Shown: positions 1-12,894 of the stretch, piece after piece | Numbering within the stretch: position 1 is the stretch's first letter | Layout: every line of letters starts with the position of its first letter | The notes under the pieces: model-generated | The model's input: the letters and a program-made list of their open reading frames with translations, nothing else | Told to the model about the DNA's origin: nothing | The model's database searches: none | Program-made: the position numbers and the translations under genes | NCBI RefSeq assembly: GCF_004010195.1 | Contig: NC_057720.1 | Coordinates: 35,789,345-35,853,344 of the forward strand | From: Chiloscyllium plagiosum | Taxonomy: Eukaryota | Length of the DNA: 64,000 nt | Direction: 5' to 3'

Positions 1-1573
1 GAGAGGAACATGGAGGATGTTGAGGTTAGGGATAGGTCTTTGATTAGTCTAGAGCAAGTCAGCATAAGAAGGGAGGAAGTATTGTGTATTCTAAAAGGTA
101 TTAAGGTGGACAGGTTCCCAGGTTCGGATGGGATTTATCACAGGTTACTGAGGGAAGTGAGAGAAGGAATAGCTGGGGCTTTAACAGATATCTTTGCAGC
201 ATCCTTGAAAGTGGGGGAGCTCCCAAAGGACTGGAGAATTGCTAATGTTGTCCCCTTGTTTAAGAAGGGTAGCAGGGATAATCCATGTAATTACGGACCT
301 GTGAACCTGACGTCAGTGGTAGGGAAACTACTGGAGAAGATACAAAGGGATAGGATATATACCCGTTTGGAAGAAAATGGGCTTCTCAGTAATAGGCAGC
401 ATGGTTTTGTGCAGGGAAAGTCATGTCTTACAAACATAATAGAATTCTTTGAAGAGGTGACAAAGTTGATTGATGAGAGAAGGGATGTAGATGTCATATA
501 CATGGACTTTAGTAAGGTGCTTGATAAGGTTGCCCATGGTAGGCTGAAGAAGAAGGTGAAGTCACATGGGGTCCAGGGTGTTCGAGCTAGATGGATAAGG
601 AACTGGCTGGGCAACAGGAGACAAAGAGTAGTAGTGGAAGGGAGTTTATCAAAATGGAGACCTGTGACCAGTGGTGTCCCATAGGGATCTGTGCTGGGAT
701 CACTGTTGTTTGTGATATACATAAATGATTTGGAGGAAGGTGTAGGTTGCCTCATTAGCAAGTTTGCAGATGACACTAAGATTGGTGGAGTAGCAGATAG
801 TGAAGGGGACTGTCAGAGAATACAACAAAATATAGATAGATTGGAGAGTTGGACAGACAAATGTGATGTGATACATTTAGGAAGATACAATTCCAGAGCG
901 AACTATACAGTATATGGAAAAGTCCTGGAGAAAATTTGATGTACAGAGAGATCTGGGTATTCAGGTCCATTGTTCCCTGAAGGTGGCAACGCAGGTCAGT
1001 AGAGTGGTCAAGAAGGCATATAGCATGCTTTCCTTCATCAGACTGGATATTGAGTGCAAGAGTTGGCAGGTCATGTTCCAGTTGTATAAGGCTTTGGTTC
1101 AGCCACATTAGGAATACAGCGTACAGTTCTGGTCGACACATTACCAAAAGGATGTGGATGCTTTGGAAAGGGTGCAGAGGAGGTTCACCAGGATGTTGCC
1201 TGGTATGGAGGGTGCTAGCTATGAGGAGAGGTTGAGTAGATTAGGATTATTTTCTTTATGGGGGACTCCATTACTAGGAGTCATGAGTTCAAAGTGAGAG
1301 CGGAAAGGTTTAGGGGAGACATACATGGGAAGTTCTTCATGCAGAGGGTGGTGGGTGCCTGGAATGCGTTATCAGTGGAGGTGGTAGGGGTGGGAATGAT
1401 AGCATCATTTAAGATGTGTCTAGATAGATACATGAATGGGCAGGGAGCAGAGGAATATAGATCCTTAGAAAATAGGTGGCAGATTAGATAGAGGATATGG
1501 ATTGGCGCAGGCTTGGTGGGCTGAAGGGCCTGTTCTAGTGCTGGAATGTTCTTAGTTCTTTGTTCTTTGTTCA
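1..1573 (+). mobile_element. CR1 LINE, ORF2 (RT) portion through 3' tail; decayed
   Basis: ORFs 10-684 and 691-939 encode CR1 RT motifs (PKDWRIANVVPLFKKG, QHGFVQGKSCLTN, VIYMDFSK, SKFADDTKIGG) with stops and frameshifts; ends in a (GTTCTTT)n tail. Confidence 0.95.
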
Positions 1574-1808
1574 GCACTACAGTTGAGGTTTTGTGTTGGG
1601 GCCAATTGCCTTTGCTGTATCTAATGCTCTCAGCTGTTCCTTTAAAATCACATGGAGTGAATTAGATTTGTTGAAGACAGATATCTATGATGGTATGGAT
1701 CTCAAGAAGAGGTTGAGATGCAGCATCCACTCAGAACTTCTGTCTGAAGATGGTTAGAAATACTTTAGCCTTCTCTTTTACATCTATCTGCTGGGATCAT
1801 TGAGTATC

Positions 1809-2011
1809 AGGTGAAAGTGGGTACTGCAGATGCTGAAGACGAGAGTCAAGATTAGAGTAGTGCTGGAAAAGCACAGCAGGTCAGGCAGCATCTGAGGAGC
1901 AGGAAAATCGACGCATCGGGCAAAAGAGCTTTGCCCGAAACATAGATTTTCCTGCTCCTTGGATGCTGCCTGACATGCTTTGCTCTTCCAACATTACTCT
2001 AATCTTAACTC
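1809..2011 (-). mobile_element. Palindromic Penelope-like (PLE) pLTR remnant, family A, older copy
   Basis: Inverted arms about 1843-1926 and 1929-2011 plus a left-side tail (gaaagtgggtactgcagatgctg); same family as 16125; ribozyme core truncated at the centre. Confidence 0.8.
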
Positions 2012-2178
2012 ATTGATTATCAGGATGTTCATGGGTGGAACCTCTTTCTGAGATGATGTCCGCCATGATTCATGATTGGATGTGGCAGGGAAGATTGCTG
2101 TTTGTGAGATCTCATGGCTATGTCTGTGTTTTGTTTGTTTAATTTGTTGTTTAGCATGCATGTCGTCCTGTGTTGTAA

Positions 2179-2389
2179 GGAGAAAGTGAGGTCTGCAGAC
2201 GCTGGAGATCAAAGCTGAAACTTTATTGCTGGAACAGCACAGCAGGTCAGGCAGCATCTAGGGAACAGAAGATTCGACGTTTCGGGCACATGCCCTTCTT
2301 CAGGAAGAAGGGCATGTGCCCGAAACGTCGAATCTTCTGTTTCCTAGATGCTGCCTGACCTGCTGTGCTGTTCCAGCAATAAAGTTTCA
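2179..2389 (-). mobile_element. Palindromic PLE pLTR insertion, family A, with TSD
   Basis: Near-perfect inverted arms 2215-2301 and 2304-2390, 36-bp tail 2179-2214, TSD gtcctgtgttgtaa at 2165-2178 and 2390-2403. Confidence 0.9.
2272..2306 (-). ncRNA. Minimal type-I hammerhead ribozyme core (intact)
   Basis: Reverse strand reads UUC-CUGAAGA-A-GGGC-AUGU-GCCC-GAAAC-GUC-GAAU. Confidence 0.7.
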
Positions 2390-2403
2390 GTCCTGTGTTG
2401 TAA

Positions 2404-3200
2404 CTACAGTACATTGGCACTTCATTTCTGTGGTTGCCTGGTGTGGTCATCAAGATGTAGCCTGCTGTACACCTCATTGAACTTGGATTGTTTCCTAGTT
2501 TGGTGCTAATGATAAAGTGAGGCTGTGTTGGCCATGTGTTACTGGTTGTGTTGGAGTATAATTCTCCTACTGCTGATGATGAAGGAAATACTTAGTGCCT
2601 TATGGAGGTGCTAGGTAAATGCTGAATCTATTCTGTTTAGCATAATGGTCATATCACACATGATTGTTCATTTTCTCCTGTGAAGCTGGGATTCTATCTT
2701 CAACGTACTGTTGGTGATGATTCCTATCTCTTGCCTCAAGGAAACGTATCTATAGAAGTATATTATTAACGACAAGGTCAAGTACATCTTTGTCTCGGTT
2801 GTTTTGCCACCCATTGTAACTGCTACAGGACTCAGCCAGCTTGTCAGTAGTAGTACTACTGAGCCACTTTGCACACAGCAATCAACATGGTGATGTACAC
2901 GTCCATCAGATGATGGAGGACTCCAGGGAATTTCATTACCTATGCTTAACCTGATGCCATAAGACTTCATGAGGTCTGCAATGTAGAGAACGTCCTCCTG
3001 ATTGTTTCCCTTTTTACCATCACTTCTTGTGGGATTATCCTATCATAGTCACAGGACAATCCAGGGATGGTGGGATGTGGGCCGAAAGGTCTGATCCCTC
3101 TTTGGCATCCATCTGTTTCAGGAGATGATGAATCTCTGGACTGAACATGACCTGTGGCAAATCCAGAGAACAATTTGTGAGTGGCAGTCCTTTCCACAGC
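2404..3200 (-). mobile_element. Ancient, highly decayed CR1/L2-superfamily LINE fragment
   Basis: Similar to the decayed LINE segments at 25520-26870 and 46640-47450; no intact ORF. Confidence 0.5.
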
Positions 3201-3599
3201 TGGCACAGGTAGATGGTGTTGGCCTGAGGTTAACTTATGTTTATTTTTCCTTCTGGTGAGCTCTCTTTTCTACTTTCTGCTAACTCCTTCAGATATGACC
3301 ATGCAAAATAACGGCTGAAGTTGGCCATTTGGCTTCATGAGTCAGCTCGGCCATTCAATAAGATTATGGCTGATTTGTCCTTGTATTGCTAACATGAATA
3401 ATCTGTTGGTCTTGTGTCAGTCATAAATTTTCCACAGAGCATGGGCTTGAGGATGTAGTTGTCATCCAGTCAACTCACATAATCCAGCCAATTGGAATCA
3501 CGGCTGACTCATCGGGGTAAATGTGCTGGGGATACCTGCCTGTTTGTGCAGTTTCATACACTGTAATTTGTCTTATCAGGTGATGCCCAACATTCACAG

Positions 3600-4415
3600 G
3601 GATGTAAAGAATCAGCGTAGGAGTATACCATTTGGCCCTCTAAGCCTCCTCCACCGTTTAGCTGAATCATGGCTGATCTTCTAGCTCAATGCCATTTACC
3701 CACATAATCTCTATGTGCCTTTGATATCGGTAATACCTACAAACCTATTGATTTAAGTCTTAAATATTTTTAATGTCTGAGCTTCCATAACCTTCTAGGC
3801 TGGAAAATTCCAAAGATTCACCACTTCTGTGGAAACAAAATCTGCCTCATCCTAATCCTATATGATTTACCCTAGCATTCTGAGTCTGCATTCACTAGTC
3901 CTAAACTCCCCTAGCCACGGCAAACATCATTTCTGTTAAGCCCTGACTTCTTCAATGCAATCCCATTTTGGCAAGATGATATAAATGTTGACAAGTACGT
4001 CCTTCCTTAGATGAGGAGACCGAAACACTACACAATACTCCAGGTGCAGTCTCATCAAGCTTGTGTACAATTACAGCAAGATGTCTTTACACCTGTACTC
4101 AAATCCTCTTACATTAGCGGCCAGAATACCATTTGTCTTCCTAATTGCTTGCTACACCTGCATATTAGCTTTCAGTGACTCACGAACAAGAAGAGACCAG
4201 CCCCTTTGGATATCAACACTTCTCACACTCATTTTTTAAAAAAATTACACATTTCTGTTTTTCTCACCCAAGTGGAAATCTTCAATTATTTTCCACATAA
4301 TATTCCATGCCCACTCAGCTGGCCTGTCTAAATACCCTTGAAATCTATTTGCAACATGATCACATCTCACAATCCCATCTAGTTTTGTGTAATCAGTAAA
4401 GTTGGAAATATAAAT
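3600..4415 (-). mobile_element. CR1 LINE 3' fragment, decayed
   Basis: Reverse-strand CR1 ORF2 C-terminal motifs (DYTKLDG, aatactccaggtgcagtctc) and CR1-type 3' UTR. Confidence 0.75.
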
Positions 4416-4419
4416 CTGG

Positions 4420-5340
4420 TAACAAACAAAGCTTTGGTTTTTGATAAGTTTACTTTTGGTCCACACTTGACTTTTCAACTTTGACATGACAGCTTTGGCA
4501 ACCCTGACGCTGATTTCAGCATCAAAGCATAGGTTGTTGGTAGGTGTTGATCCAAGGTAAATGAAGCTGTCAATGATCTCCACAGCTTGGTGGTTATCAG
4601 TCCAAACACCTTGCGGAGGCCTTGGAGAACTGATTTACAAGCTATTCCAGGTGAACTTCTGTATAGGATGTTATTGTATTAGCAGCAAACAGCAATTCAT
4701 GGACTGGGACATTACACATTTTGGTCTTTGAACAGTCTTTCCAAGTTGAACAGCTTGCTATTAACTCTGACAATGGCAAAATCTGTACAATCTCAGCATG
4801 AAGAAAACTGTGCCAAAGGGAGATGGTGCTGGGATGCAAGCCTTCTTTACCCTATTCCTAATCTCGAAAGAGCCTGGTAATATTACACTGCAACTGATTG
4901 AACTGTTCGTGTTATTGCTAAAAGAACAAACGATGCCCAGGAGTTTGGATGCACAACCTGACTTCAACAGAAGTTTACAGAGTCCATCTTTGCTGATGAG
5001 GTGGAAAGACTTGGCATGGTCTATGACACAATGTAGAGAGGTCTACACTGTTCATGGCACCATGACTGTGACTGCTGAAGTGAGAAAACCATACAATTAG
5101 TTGATCTCTGCCAACTTTGAAGTTGTATTAAGACTCAAGGTAAACGTATGGATAGATGCCAGAGTTTACAATCAGCTGAGAACAACACAAGCAGCAATGT
5201 TCCTGAAATACTTGACAAGGAGATGCCTTCGTAACTGTAGCATTCACTAAAATTTCCTTGGTTTTTTCAAAAGGAGACTACATTTGCATCACACACGTAT
5301 CAAGCAAATAGCTTTCCTTCCAGGAGAGGTTCAACAGTAC
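4420..5340 (-). mobile_element. RTE-clade LINE remnant (RT domain)
   Basis: Translations FIYLGST..DAEISVRVAKA, VHELLFAAN (ELLFADD-like) and GCASKLLGIV..VKKACIPAPSPFG (GVKQGCVLAPTLF-like) are typical of RTE/BovB RT. Confidence 0.75.
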
Positions 5341-5829
5341 ATGGAAATGCTATAGTATTGCTAATTTTCCACTTTTCATACTTTCAGGGGAATGCCATTG
5401 TTTTCTGGAACTTGACCACTCTAAAGGTGGTTACTGACCTTGTTGACCTCTATTACAGTAGCCTCATTATCCAGTTCCTCCATGATAGAAAGTCTGGAAT
5501 GGTACTGAAAGCTTTTTCAGTGACGATGTTAGATACTATCATTATAACTTTGTCATGCTGTTGCTTGACTGGTTTGTGGGGCAGTTCTCCAATTTTTTAT
5601 GTAAGTTCCAGATATAGAATTAATTTAGCTATGGTTGTATTGATAGGCTGAGTGAACTTGAAGGGCTGAATGGCCAATACCTGCTCCTCTTCCTGTTTTA
5701 GTTTTAATGCTAGTGTGAAGGACTTTGCAGAACTGACTGGGCTTGTATCTAGTATCTAAATTGATGCCAGGTTGTATAAACTGTATTATTCATATTGTTT
5801 TTCATATCAGTCTGACAAGATCTGATATG

Positions 5830-6490
5830 ATCTCGGTGTCCATGCACATAGATCCCTGAAAGTTGCCACTCAGGGTTGTTAAGAAGGCATACAGTGCGTT
5901 AGCTTTTATTGGTTTCGGAGCCATGAGGTTATGCTGCAGATGTACAAAACTCTGGTGCGGCCATACTTGGAGTATTGTGTACAGTTCTGGTCACTGTATT
6001 GTAGGAAGAATGTAAAAGCTTTGGAAAGGGTTCAGAGGAAATTTACTAGGATGTTGCCTGGTATGGAAGGAAGGTCTTATGTGGAAAGACTGAGGGACAA
6101 GAGGCTGTTCTCGTTGGAGAGAAGAAGGTTGAGAGGTGACTTAATTGAGACATATAAGATAATCAGAGGGTTAGATAGGTGGACAGTGACAGCCTTTTTT
6201 CCTCAGATGTGATGGTGAGCACAAGGGGATGTAGCTTTAAATTGAGGGGTGATAGATATAGTACAGATGTCAGAGGTAGTTTATTTACTCAGAGAGTAGT
6301 AGGGGCGTGGAACAGCCTGCCTGCAACAGTAGTAGAGGTGCCAATTTTAAGGGCATTTAAATAGTCATTGGATAGACACATGGTCGAGAATGGAATAGTA
6401 TAGGTTAGATGGGCTTCAGATTGGTTTCATAGGTCAGTGCAACATCAAGGGCCGAAGAGCCTGTACTGCGCTGTAATGTCCTATGTTATA
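5830..6490 (+). mobile_element. CR1 LINE 3' fragment
   Basis: ORF LVRPYLEYCVQFWS..LERVQRKFTRMLPG..RRLRGDLIETYKI, then FTQRVVGAWNSLP and 3' UTR. Confidence 0.93.
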
Positions 6491-6494
6491 TTAA

Positions 6495-6785
6495 AGGGCT
6501 TGATTGAGCATTTCAGAAGACAGTTAGATGTTGAGCATATTGTTACGGCTCTGGAGTCATATATTTCAGATTGAATAAGGACAGTAAACTTCCTTCCCAA
6601 AAGAACATATGAGAATTGGATGGGCTTTTTTTACAACAATGGCACCATTGCAGATACCAACTTTTCATTGCAGATTTATTTTGTTAAATGAATTTAAACT
6701 TTATTGATATTTGAAATTGCGTAACCGTGGATCACTAGTGCAAGCTTCTGGAGTAGTCGTCCAGTAATGCCCACTGTGCTATTTG
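6495..6785 (-). mobile_element. Old SINE-like repeat (second family), decayed
   Basis: Similar to 55090-55385 and 63590-64000. Confidence 0.5.
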
Positions 6786-8240
6786 ACCCACGTAAGCAAG
6801 GTAAATGTTTCTCATGATATTTTGGCTTTGTGATCCAATATCTTTAATTTATCAATATTAATGTTGACTTTCCATATTCGTAAAAAAATTGTGTAAGATC
6901 TTTATGATTTTATTTTTCGGCTAAAGTGAGCTTTCAGTTTGTAGACCATTGATGACTAAACTGTCTCTTTGCAATCAGATAATATTTTTCTTCAGAAAAT
7001 ATCAGAGTATCAAAACTCTGTACCTATTTTAGTATTCTAAAGATCAGATTTCAAATTTACCAGTAACCTCACAGTACTGAAAAAAAATCCATGTCTGAAC
7101 ATTGTGATTGCCGTTGAATTTTAAAGAAACTCGATTTAAGCCATTACTTTGAGGTGCCAGCTTGTCTTCTCCTTTCTCCATTTGATTTGCTCAGTAACAA
7201 TTGCACTGACCAATTCCATTAGCCAGAGCAGTGCAATTCATTGTACAGTATTGTCCTCAATGTACCAGAACTATTCTGTTGTGTGCAGGGTGGGGGAGGG
7301 AAGGGGGGGAAGAGAGAAAAAGTGAAAGAATAGTTAACTATACTCCTGTCTACTGAGGGAATTGTGTGACTCTGTGGAATCATGATCAATCACTTAACTA
7401 AGTATTAATGAGGAATAGTGCCTTGCCTCCAATTTGCCAGATCTCAGAACATCCACAGTCCTTTGGAAAAGAATGTTGTCTCTCCAATCTTAGCAAATTA
7501 AAATTTAAATCAGAAATGTGGATAAAGGTTGGACTTTCAGGATTAAGTGATCTTTCATGTTGTTATTTTTTAGCTGTAGATACACTGCAAGTAAATGTGA
7601 TGAATTGATTAAATGTTGAGAAAAAGAATTAACCCTTTTCTACTTGGAAAGGACAAACAGAATGCATCCAAGATGATGTCTATGATTCTCCTCCCCTCTA
7701 TTTTATTTAATTTTTTCTGTTTACCTGGTGACAGCTGACAAAGGAGAATGTGATTTTCTGAATGTTAGTTTACTTACACTCAATATTTAGCAGACATCAC
7801 AGCCAGCTGATCAATATCCATTTGTCATAAGCAAGCGTAATTGGTTTGTAGTTGTCTGTACAAAAGAAAATGAACTAAAGTTTCAGCAGCCAGGTACAAA
7901 AGCTTTAAATATACCCCTCCTCTCTCAACAATACCATAATTAATTCTCGTCCAAAAAAGGCCTTGGGGCTGATGTTTTATCCTGTGAATTATGGAAGGCA
8001 GAGATTTGGTAGGTGATGAGGAGGGAATTAGCTAATTAGCAAGTTAATGTTGGAGACCATTGTAATTTTCATAAATGCATTTTTCATGAGCTTCAGAGAT
8101 AGTATTATATCTTCAAGATTGTGTCAGAATATGATAATAAAAAATACCGGGTTGCTAGTGTTTTCCATGTTGTTGCCATTTCTTTTCTGAAGGAACTGAA
8201 TTTCTCAGAACCGTGGTTCAAAATCTCTGGTTGCCCAGAA

Positions 8241-8333
8241 GCAGATGAAGGGTTTTTGTCCAAAATGTCGACTTTCCTGCTCCTCAGATGCTGCCTGACA
8301 TGCTGTGCTTTTCCAGCACCACTCTAATCTAGA
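8241..8333 (+). mobile_element. Single-arm PLE pLTR remnant, family A
   Basis: gatgaagggtttttgtccaaaatgtcgact...gatgctgcctgacatgctgtgcttttccagcaccactctaatct; hammerhead core is degenerate. Confidence 0.75.
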
Positions 8334-8452
8334 CCCCACCATCCTTATTGTTCCAGCTAAAGCTGTGAGTGTGACTGTCTTCAGTCAAAAGTATTGAAAG
8401 TGTCATTGGTTAAGGATAAGAATCCAGAATCCTTAATGATCCTTCCCTCTTG

Positions 8453-8782
8453 GAGTAGTACGGTGGTTCAATGGCTAGCACTGCTGCCTCACAGCACAAG
8501 GGTCCCAGATTCAAATCCACCCTCAGGTGACTGTTTGTGTGGAGTTTGCACATACTTCCTGTCTGTGCAGGTGCTCTGTTTTCCTTCTATGTTAGGTGGA
8601 TTGGCCATGCTAAATTACCCATAGTGTCCAGGTTTTGCCGGCTAGGTGGATTAGTTGTGAGAAATGCAGGGTAACAGGGAAAGGGTACTGGGATGGGTCT
8701 GGGTGGGATGCCTTCAGAGGGTTGATGTGGACTGAATGGGCCAAATGGCCTGTTTTCACACAATAGGGATTCTATGACTCTC
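8453..8782 (+). mobile_element. HE1-type V-SINE (tRNA-derived)
   Basis: A/B-box head, V-domain (tgtgtggagtttgcaca), CR1-like tail (gggccaaatggcctgttt). Confidence 0.85.
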
Positions 8783-9033
8783 TAAGGCCAATTGCTGTCC
8801 TCCATCTATCACTTTAGTTGAGCAGCTAACTCACTACCTACCAGAATTCAAACTTGGGATTTGATTTAGTTTTATTAATGAAAAATGATGATGAATTGTC
8901 TTCAAACCCATGCTCCATATCCCCAGTTATTCCCTTGCAATTCCTTTCACATATAATTCTTCAGCGAAGGCATTGGTGGCTTCTAAATCACATTGAATTT
9001 TGTACAGTTATCTTTCTTTGCAGTTAATAAAGT

Positions 9034-9541
9034 GCTGAAAATGTGTTGCTGGAAAAACGCAGCAGGACAGGCAGCATCCAAGGAGCAGGAGAATCGACTT
9101 TTCGGGCATCAGCCCTTCTTCAGGAATGAGGAAAGTGTGCCAAGCAGGCTAAGATAAAAGGTAGGGAGGAGGGACTTGGGGGAGGGGCGTTTGAAATGCG
9201 ATAGGTGGAAGGAGGTTAAGGTGGGGGCAGAGAGGTGAGGAAGAAGATTGCAGGTTAGGAAGGTGGTGCTGAGTTCGAGGGTTGGAACTGAGACAAGGTG
9301 GGGGGAGGAGAAATGAGGAAACTGGAGAAATCTGAGTTCATCCCTTGTGGTTGGAGGGTTCCTAGGCAGAAGATGAGGTGCTCTTCCTCCAGCTGTCGTG
9401 TTGCTATGGTCTGGCGATGGAAGAAGGGCTCATGCCCGAAACGTCGATTCTCCTGCTCCTTGGATGCTGCCTGACCTGCTGTGCTTTTCCAGCAACACAT
9501 TTCAGCTCTGATCTCCAGCATCTGCAGTCCTCACTTTCTCC
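9034..9541. mobile_element. PLE family A insertion with inverted structure, retaining the GIY-YIG ORF C-terminus
   Basis: Minus strand encodes TRQLEEEHLIFCLGTLQPQGMNSDFSSF* (PLE endonuclease C-terminus), then UTR and pLTR; inverted pLTR 9420-9506 plus 35-bp tail; TSD gtt(a/c)ataaagtgc at 9023-9035 and 9542-9554. Confidence 0.88.
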
Positions 9542-10089
9542 GTTCATAAAGTGCCACATGGTATTTGGCAAATTAACTACATTTCTGCCTGGTAGATGAG
9601 TAAAGAAACAAATATGTTCATTCAAACAATGATTCAGTCATTTCTGGTGCTTTTTCCTATTTTTTGACCAGTTATTAAAGCTGTTTTGAAAAAAAAAATT
9701 GTGCAATACCTGGAAACACTTTGGTCACAGATTTTAACTTGAGATGTGTTTGGGTTGGGTGGGTGCATTGCAGGAAGGAACGCAAGACTTTTCTTAACTA
9801 TTGGCCTCATGTAAATAGTTCTGTTCTATCTCTTTGTCAAATGTAGTCTAGATGGGATTTTGGCCAGTGGTGGGAAACAGGACAAGAGTTAGGAACCAAA
9901 GGACAGAGTTGACTCCAAAGTAAATTAAGCAGGAATGGGAGTCAGGCAGAAAGGCTTAGGACAAGAATCAGGGAAGGTCACCTCAAAGATTCTTTCCTGG
10001 GCCAGGAGGAATGTTGCTGTTTCTCTGGATGGTAAGAGACCTACCAGAAATTTAAAGATAAATACTTATCTTATCTGCAGCAATGTCAC

Positions 10090-10428
10090 CGACATGGCGG
10101 CTAAGTGGTTCGCACTGTGGCCTCACAGCATCAGAAACTCCAGTTCAATTCCACCCTTGGGTGTCTGTGTGGAGTTTGCACATTCTCCTTGTGTCTGTGT
10201 GGGTTTCCTCTGGATGCTCCAGTTTCCACCCACACTCCAAAGGTGTGCAGATCAGGTGGATTGGCCATGCTAAATTGCCCCATAGTGTCCCGAGCTGTGC
10301 AGGCTAGGTGGGTTAGAGATGGGGAATATAAGGTTACAGGGATAGGTGTGTCTGGGTGGGATGTTCTTCAGAGAGTTGGTATGGACATGTTGGGCCAAAT
10401 GGCCTGTTTCCACACAGTAGGGATTCTT
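10090..10428 (+). mobile_element. HE1-type V-SINE
   Basis: tRNA-like head, V-domain, tail ggacatgttgggccaaatggcctgtttccacacagtagggattc. Confidence 0.87.
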
Positions 10429-11299
10429 AAAAATAAAACTGACAGATGAGCAAATGCAGCCTTTCAAGGAAAAAGAGTGAACGATTGATGGCATTCGTAC
10501 ATTTTGAAGCAGAAGTTTAAACATTTCCATTGCAGTTGAAAGCTGTGCTGACATCTAAAAATCTAAAGTTAAAATTTGTAAAATTTAACACTACGGTCAT
10601 TTGTTTCTGATGGATTTATTTCCAGGTATTACTTGCCACAGTTTATGGCTAAAAATAGAGAAGAAAGCCTTTCAAAATTAAGAATTATTCCTGTTGGATC
10701 ATTTACTAAAAATGTGGACAGTTCAGAATAAAGCCTAGTTTTCAATTAACTCAAGTTCCTATGCAGCTCTAAAAAGGCATCCTCATTCTAATGAAACCTG
10801 GAAAAACAACCTCAGTGCGAGTAAGCTGAATTCAATTCAGTTTCAATTTTAATAAAGGTTAATTAAACAGAACAGTTACCCCAACTGATGAAAAATAATC
10901 ACTGAGCTTTACTCCAATCTGTAACAAAATATTTTAAATTGTTTTTAAGGAACTTGATTTTTCTCTCTCTTTAGTGGCTTGCTGTTCCACTACCCTTCAA
11001 TCCCCAACCTCACTTTGTTCTCTGTTGGCTAAGATGAGAAGCAAGCATCCTCTTCCTAAATCTTACAATGCTATTCTTGGTACAATGCTTTTTGTTGACT
11101 CACTGGCTGATTGTTTCTCCTTCTCTCTTTCCTTAAGGGAAGCATCTGGCTTTTGCTCAATGCCTTTACTTGGAGACAATAGCCAGGATCAGAAACTCTC
11201 AAAGTGGAAAGTATCAGAAATGAATCTGTACCCTGGCTTATCATATTGAACATTTCCCCAGCTGCCTTCCTCTCATATATTTCTGATTAAGTTCTTATT

Positions 11300-12200
11300 A
11301 ATCACTCAACTGACTGAAATTGTATAACAAAACCATATCTGACTGATCTTGAAGGGAATTTAGCTCAAAATTTATCTATGGAAGTACACAGACTTTTGTT
11401 TAATTTTATTTGCGTATCCTAGTGATTAGAAGAAATCCTTTGTCAAAAAACACCAGTGTTCAGCCAAGCTGCAGTGAATATAAGCGCCTGCCATGTGTTC
11501 AGTAGGTGTCAGGATGCTTAGCGTGTTAATTGCTGACCTATTAATAAATGAGTCTTTAATACAGTATAGCTAGAGGCAGGGGATGAGGCCAAGGGTGGAG
11601 ACAGCTGTTTACGTGACATCTGTTTGTGCTGGTGCATGGCTGTAACAGGATTTCCCTGCTGGAAACATGTATGCTTTTTTTGGGAAACAGTCACAGTAAT
11701 TTGTATTGTTTGTGGAAGGTCTGGGGACAAAAATAGAAGCAGAAGTAATTTCTGGCTGGAATCTGTTTACAGCTCCCTCCAATCTTTATTTAAAATTCGA
11801 GCAAGTCATTTCTGATTGTAAATATTGTCAGTTGCTTTTAAATGAGCAAATTTATTGCTACTGTCTGCTAATTCTTCCCTGTACCTTATCAGGGATGTGC
11901 GAAAAAAGTAGTAGAATCATATTCACACTTTATTTTCTTGTCCCCTCTTCCAATACAATGATGAAAGGACTGATTACTGCAACAGTCCTGTCCTGCTGCC
12001 CCTTTAGTTGTGTAATTGTGTCTAATTGAGATAGCTTACAGCTGTTAATGTCTTTCTGTAATGCCAGATACTTGGTGACTCATAATGCAAAGAAAGCTGA
12101 ATGCAGTGTTTAACTATCAGCACCAAACTTCTGAGAGCTCACTGGCTTAGCAGCACAGATGCAGATGAAACTTAGATACAACCCTCTTTGTAGTCAGGCA
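11300..12200. promoter_or_regulatory. Candidate conserved non-coding element or internal promoter
   Basis: Repeat-free; TATA-like aatataag near 11480; TGACTCA, CAGCTG, TAATTG and CTTTGT motifs. Confidence 0.35.
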
Positions 12201-12894
12201 CTTCATTTTCTTTTGCCAAAATGTCAGCTCATCTATTAGACACCATCCTTCAGCTGATAAGACACAGATGCTTCTAGTTTTCTCTATGTCATGCAATACT
12301 GTGCTGTGCTGATTGGACTCAAGCCTCTTGATACCAATGCCACTGTTTTCCTCCTTTTTTGATTTTGACTTTCTATGCTTTCTTCACCACAAAAATACAG
12401 AAGACTGTCAACTATACATGTCAGCACTATAGGATATCCATGTTGTGTCAGGGAAGTTCCAGTTAAAATCCATGGTTTAAATCAGTTGTTCCATTGAACT
12501 ATTATGAGTTGCCATGAAATAGCATCAATTGGAATTGAAATATGGTCTTGTCATTGGGCATAAGGACACTTTGATGATTTTTCTTTGCAAATTGATCATC
12601 CCTTCTCTCAATTCAAGTGCTTGGCTGACCCCAAGTGCTTCCAATATATTTTGGAATTATTACATTGTCTTACACTGATGACCGTGAACAGCCTATGCTT
12701 TGGAAATTTCAGTTTAATTTATTCTTTGAAATGTCCTTAGTGCGGTTTGTAATAACCAGTTTTCTTAAAATCATAAATATACATTTAGTAACAATAACTA
12801 AGATGTAATAGTGTCATTTTAATTGACCAGCATAAGATAATCATTTATCAACTATTGATGACAAAATGAAATGTAGACAGGTACCTATTAGAGG

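Noticed and set aside
10..1491. RT ORFs as an active or domesticated gene
   Set aside because: Multiple stops, frameshifts and deletions; ordinary CR1 decay
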